The translations under genes and the position numbers were made by a program. The notes under the pieces are model-generated. The model was not told the origin of the DNA, did not search any database, and saw only the letters and a list, made by a program, of their open reading frames with translations. A stretch of DNA of 64,000 nucleotides, taken from contig NW_026869186.1 in the NCBI RefSeq assembly GCF_020745735.1, forward strand, positions 62,001 to 126,000, in the 5' to 3' direction. Numbering within the stretch: position 1 is the first letter of the stretch; each line of letters opens with the position of its first letter. Origin of the DNA: Hemiscyllium ocellatum. Taxonomy: Eukaryota. This document shows positions 62,455-64,000 of this stretch, piece by piece.

Positions 62455-64000
62455 CCATGAGAGTCATAGAGTCATAGCGATGTACAGCATGGAAACAGAT
62501 CCTTTGCTCCAACCGTCCACCCCCACCAGATATCCCAACCCAATCTAGTCCCACCTGCCAGCACCCGATCCATATCCCTCCAAACCCTTCCTATTCAAAC
62601 TCGCATCCAAATGCCTCTTACATGTTGCAATTGTACCAGCCTCCACCACATCCTCTGGCACCTCATTCCATACATGTACCACCCTCTGCGTGAAAAAGTT
62701 GCCCTTAGGTCTCTTTTATATCTTTCCCCTCTCAACCTAAACCTATCCCCTCCAGTTCTGGACTCCCCAATCCCAGGGCAAAAGACTTTGCCTATTTATC
62801 ATATCCATGCCCCTCATAATTTTGTAAACCTCTATAAGGTCACCACTCAGCCTCCAAATCCCCAGGCAAAACAGCCCCAGCCTGTTCAGCCTCTCCCTGT
62901 AGCTCAGATCCTCCAACCCTGCAATATCCTTGCAAATCTTTTCTGAACCCTTGCAAGTTTCACAATATCTTTCCGTTAGGAAGGAGATCAGAATTGCAGG
63001 CAATATTCTAACAGCGGCCTAACCAATGTTCTGTATAGTCGTAACATGACCTCCCAACTCCTCTACTCAATACTCTGACCAATACAGAAAAGCATACCAA
63101 ACGCCTTCTTCACTATCCTTTCTACCTGCGACTCCACTTTCAAGGAGCTATGAAACTGCAGTCCAAGGTCGTTTTGTTCAGCAACACTACCTAGGAACGT
63201 ACCATTTAGGTTATAAGTCCTGCTAATATTTGCTTTCCCAAAATGCAGCTCCTCGCATTTATCTGAGTTAAACTTCATCTGCCACTTCTCAGCCCATTGG
63301 CCCATCTGGTCAAGATCCTGATGGAATCTGAGGTAACCCTCTTCGCTGTCCACTACACGTCCATTTTTTGTCTCATCTGCAAACTTCCTAACTGTGCCTC
63401 TTATGCTCGCATCCAAATCATTTATGTAAATGACAAAAAGTAGAGGGCCGAGCACCGATCCGTGTGGCATTCCACTGGTCACAGGCCTCCAGTCTGAAAA
63501 ACAATCCTCCACCACTACCCTCTGTTTTCTACCTTTGAGCCAGTTCTGAATCCAAATATCTACTACTCCCTGTATTCCATGAGATCTAACCTTGATAATC
63601 AGTCTCCCATGGGGAACCTTGTCGAACGCCTTACTGAAGTCCATATAGATCTCATCTACTGCTCTGCCCTCATCAATCTTCTTTGTTACTTTATGAAAAA
63701 ACTCCATCAAGTTTGTGAGACATGATTTCCCACGCACAAAGCCATGTTGACTATCCCTAATCAGTCTTTGCCTTTCCAAATACATGTACATCCTGTCCCT
63801 TAAGATTCCCTCCAACAACTTGCTCACCAGCGAGGTCAGGCTCACTGGTCTATAGTTCGCTGGTTTGTCCTTATCACCCTTCTTAAACAGTGGCACCACG
63901 TTTGCCAACCTCAGGTCTTCCGGCACCTCCCTGTGACTATCAATGATACAAATATCTCATCAAGACGCCCAGCAATCACTTCTCCATCTTCCCACAGAGT
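62455..64000 (-). mobile_element. CR1 LINE RT domain and 3-prime end (continues past the window)
   Basis: ORF 63063-63926: NYRPVSLTS, SQHGF, YMDFSKAFDKV, SGMPHGSVLGPLLF, FADET (YADD equivalent mutated). GAGTCATA tail at ~62460. Confidence 0.95.

Noticed and set aside
63063-63926. Functional reverse transcriptase gene
   Set aside because: CR1 copy with the catalytic motif mutated (FADET), QG changed to HG, and a premature stop.

Overview
Eukaryotic, repeat-dominated vertebrate DNA, almost certainly a shark or other elasmobranch. This is an inference from HE1/V-SINE copies, HER1/CR1 LINEs and shark-type Penelope terminal repeats. The only host gene I can support is a two-exon GPR139-like class A GPCR on the + strand. 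Exon 1 CDS is 1632-1809 (donor G|GTAAGG) and exon 2 is 32354-33261 (acceptor TTTCTCGCAG|TT). They join in phase 1 across a ~30.5-kb transposon-filled intron to give a 361-aa 7TM protein that the ORF track splits and mis-starts. The rest consists of many CR1 fragments (one near full length with an ORF1 esterase), seven tRNA-derived SINEs, a Gmr1-type Gypsy with integrase before RT, other Gypsy/L1 relics, and Penelope (GIY-YIG) elements. There is also a 4.5-kb 37-bp minisatellite with an apparent 36-unit higher-order repeat, an 8-kb GA-rich satellite, and two assembly gaps. The most interesting hidden signal is a set of minimal type-I hammerhead ribozyme motifs with a palindromic stem III in three different Penelope-derived terminal-repeat families. 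These include short elements that insert alone or as palindromes with their own TSDs. All calls are from reading the sequence by eye; no database searches were run, and element boundaries are approximate.
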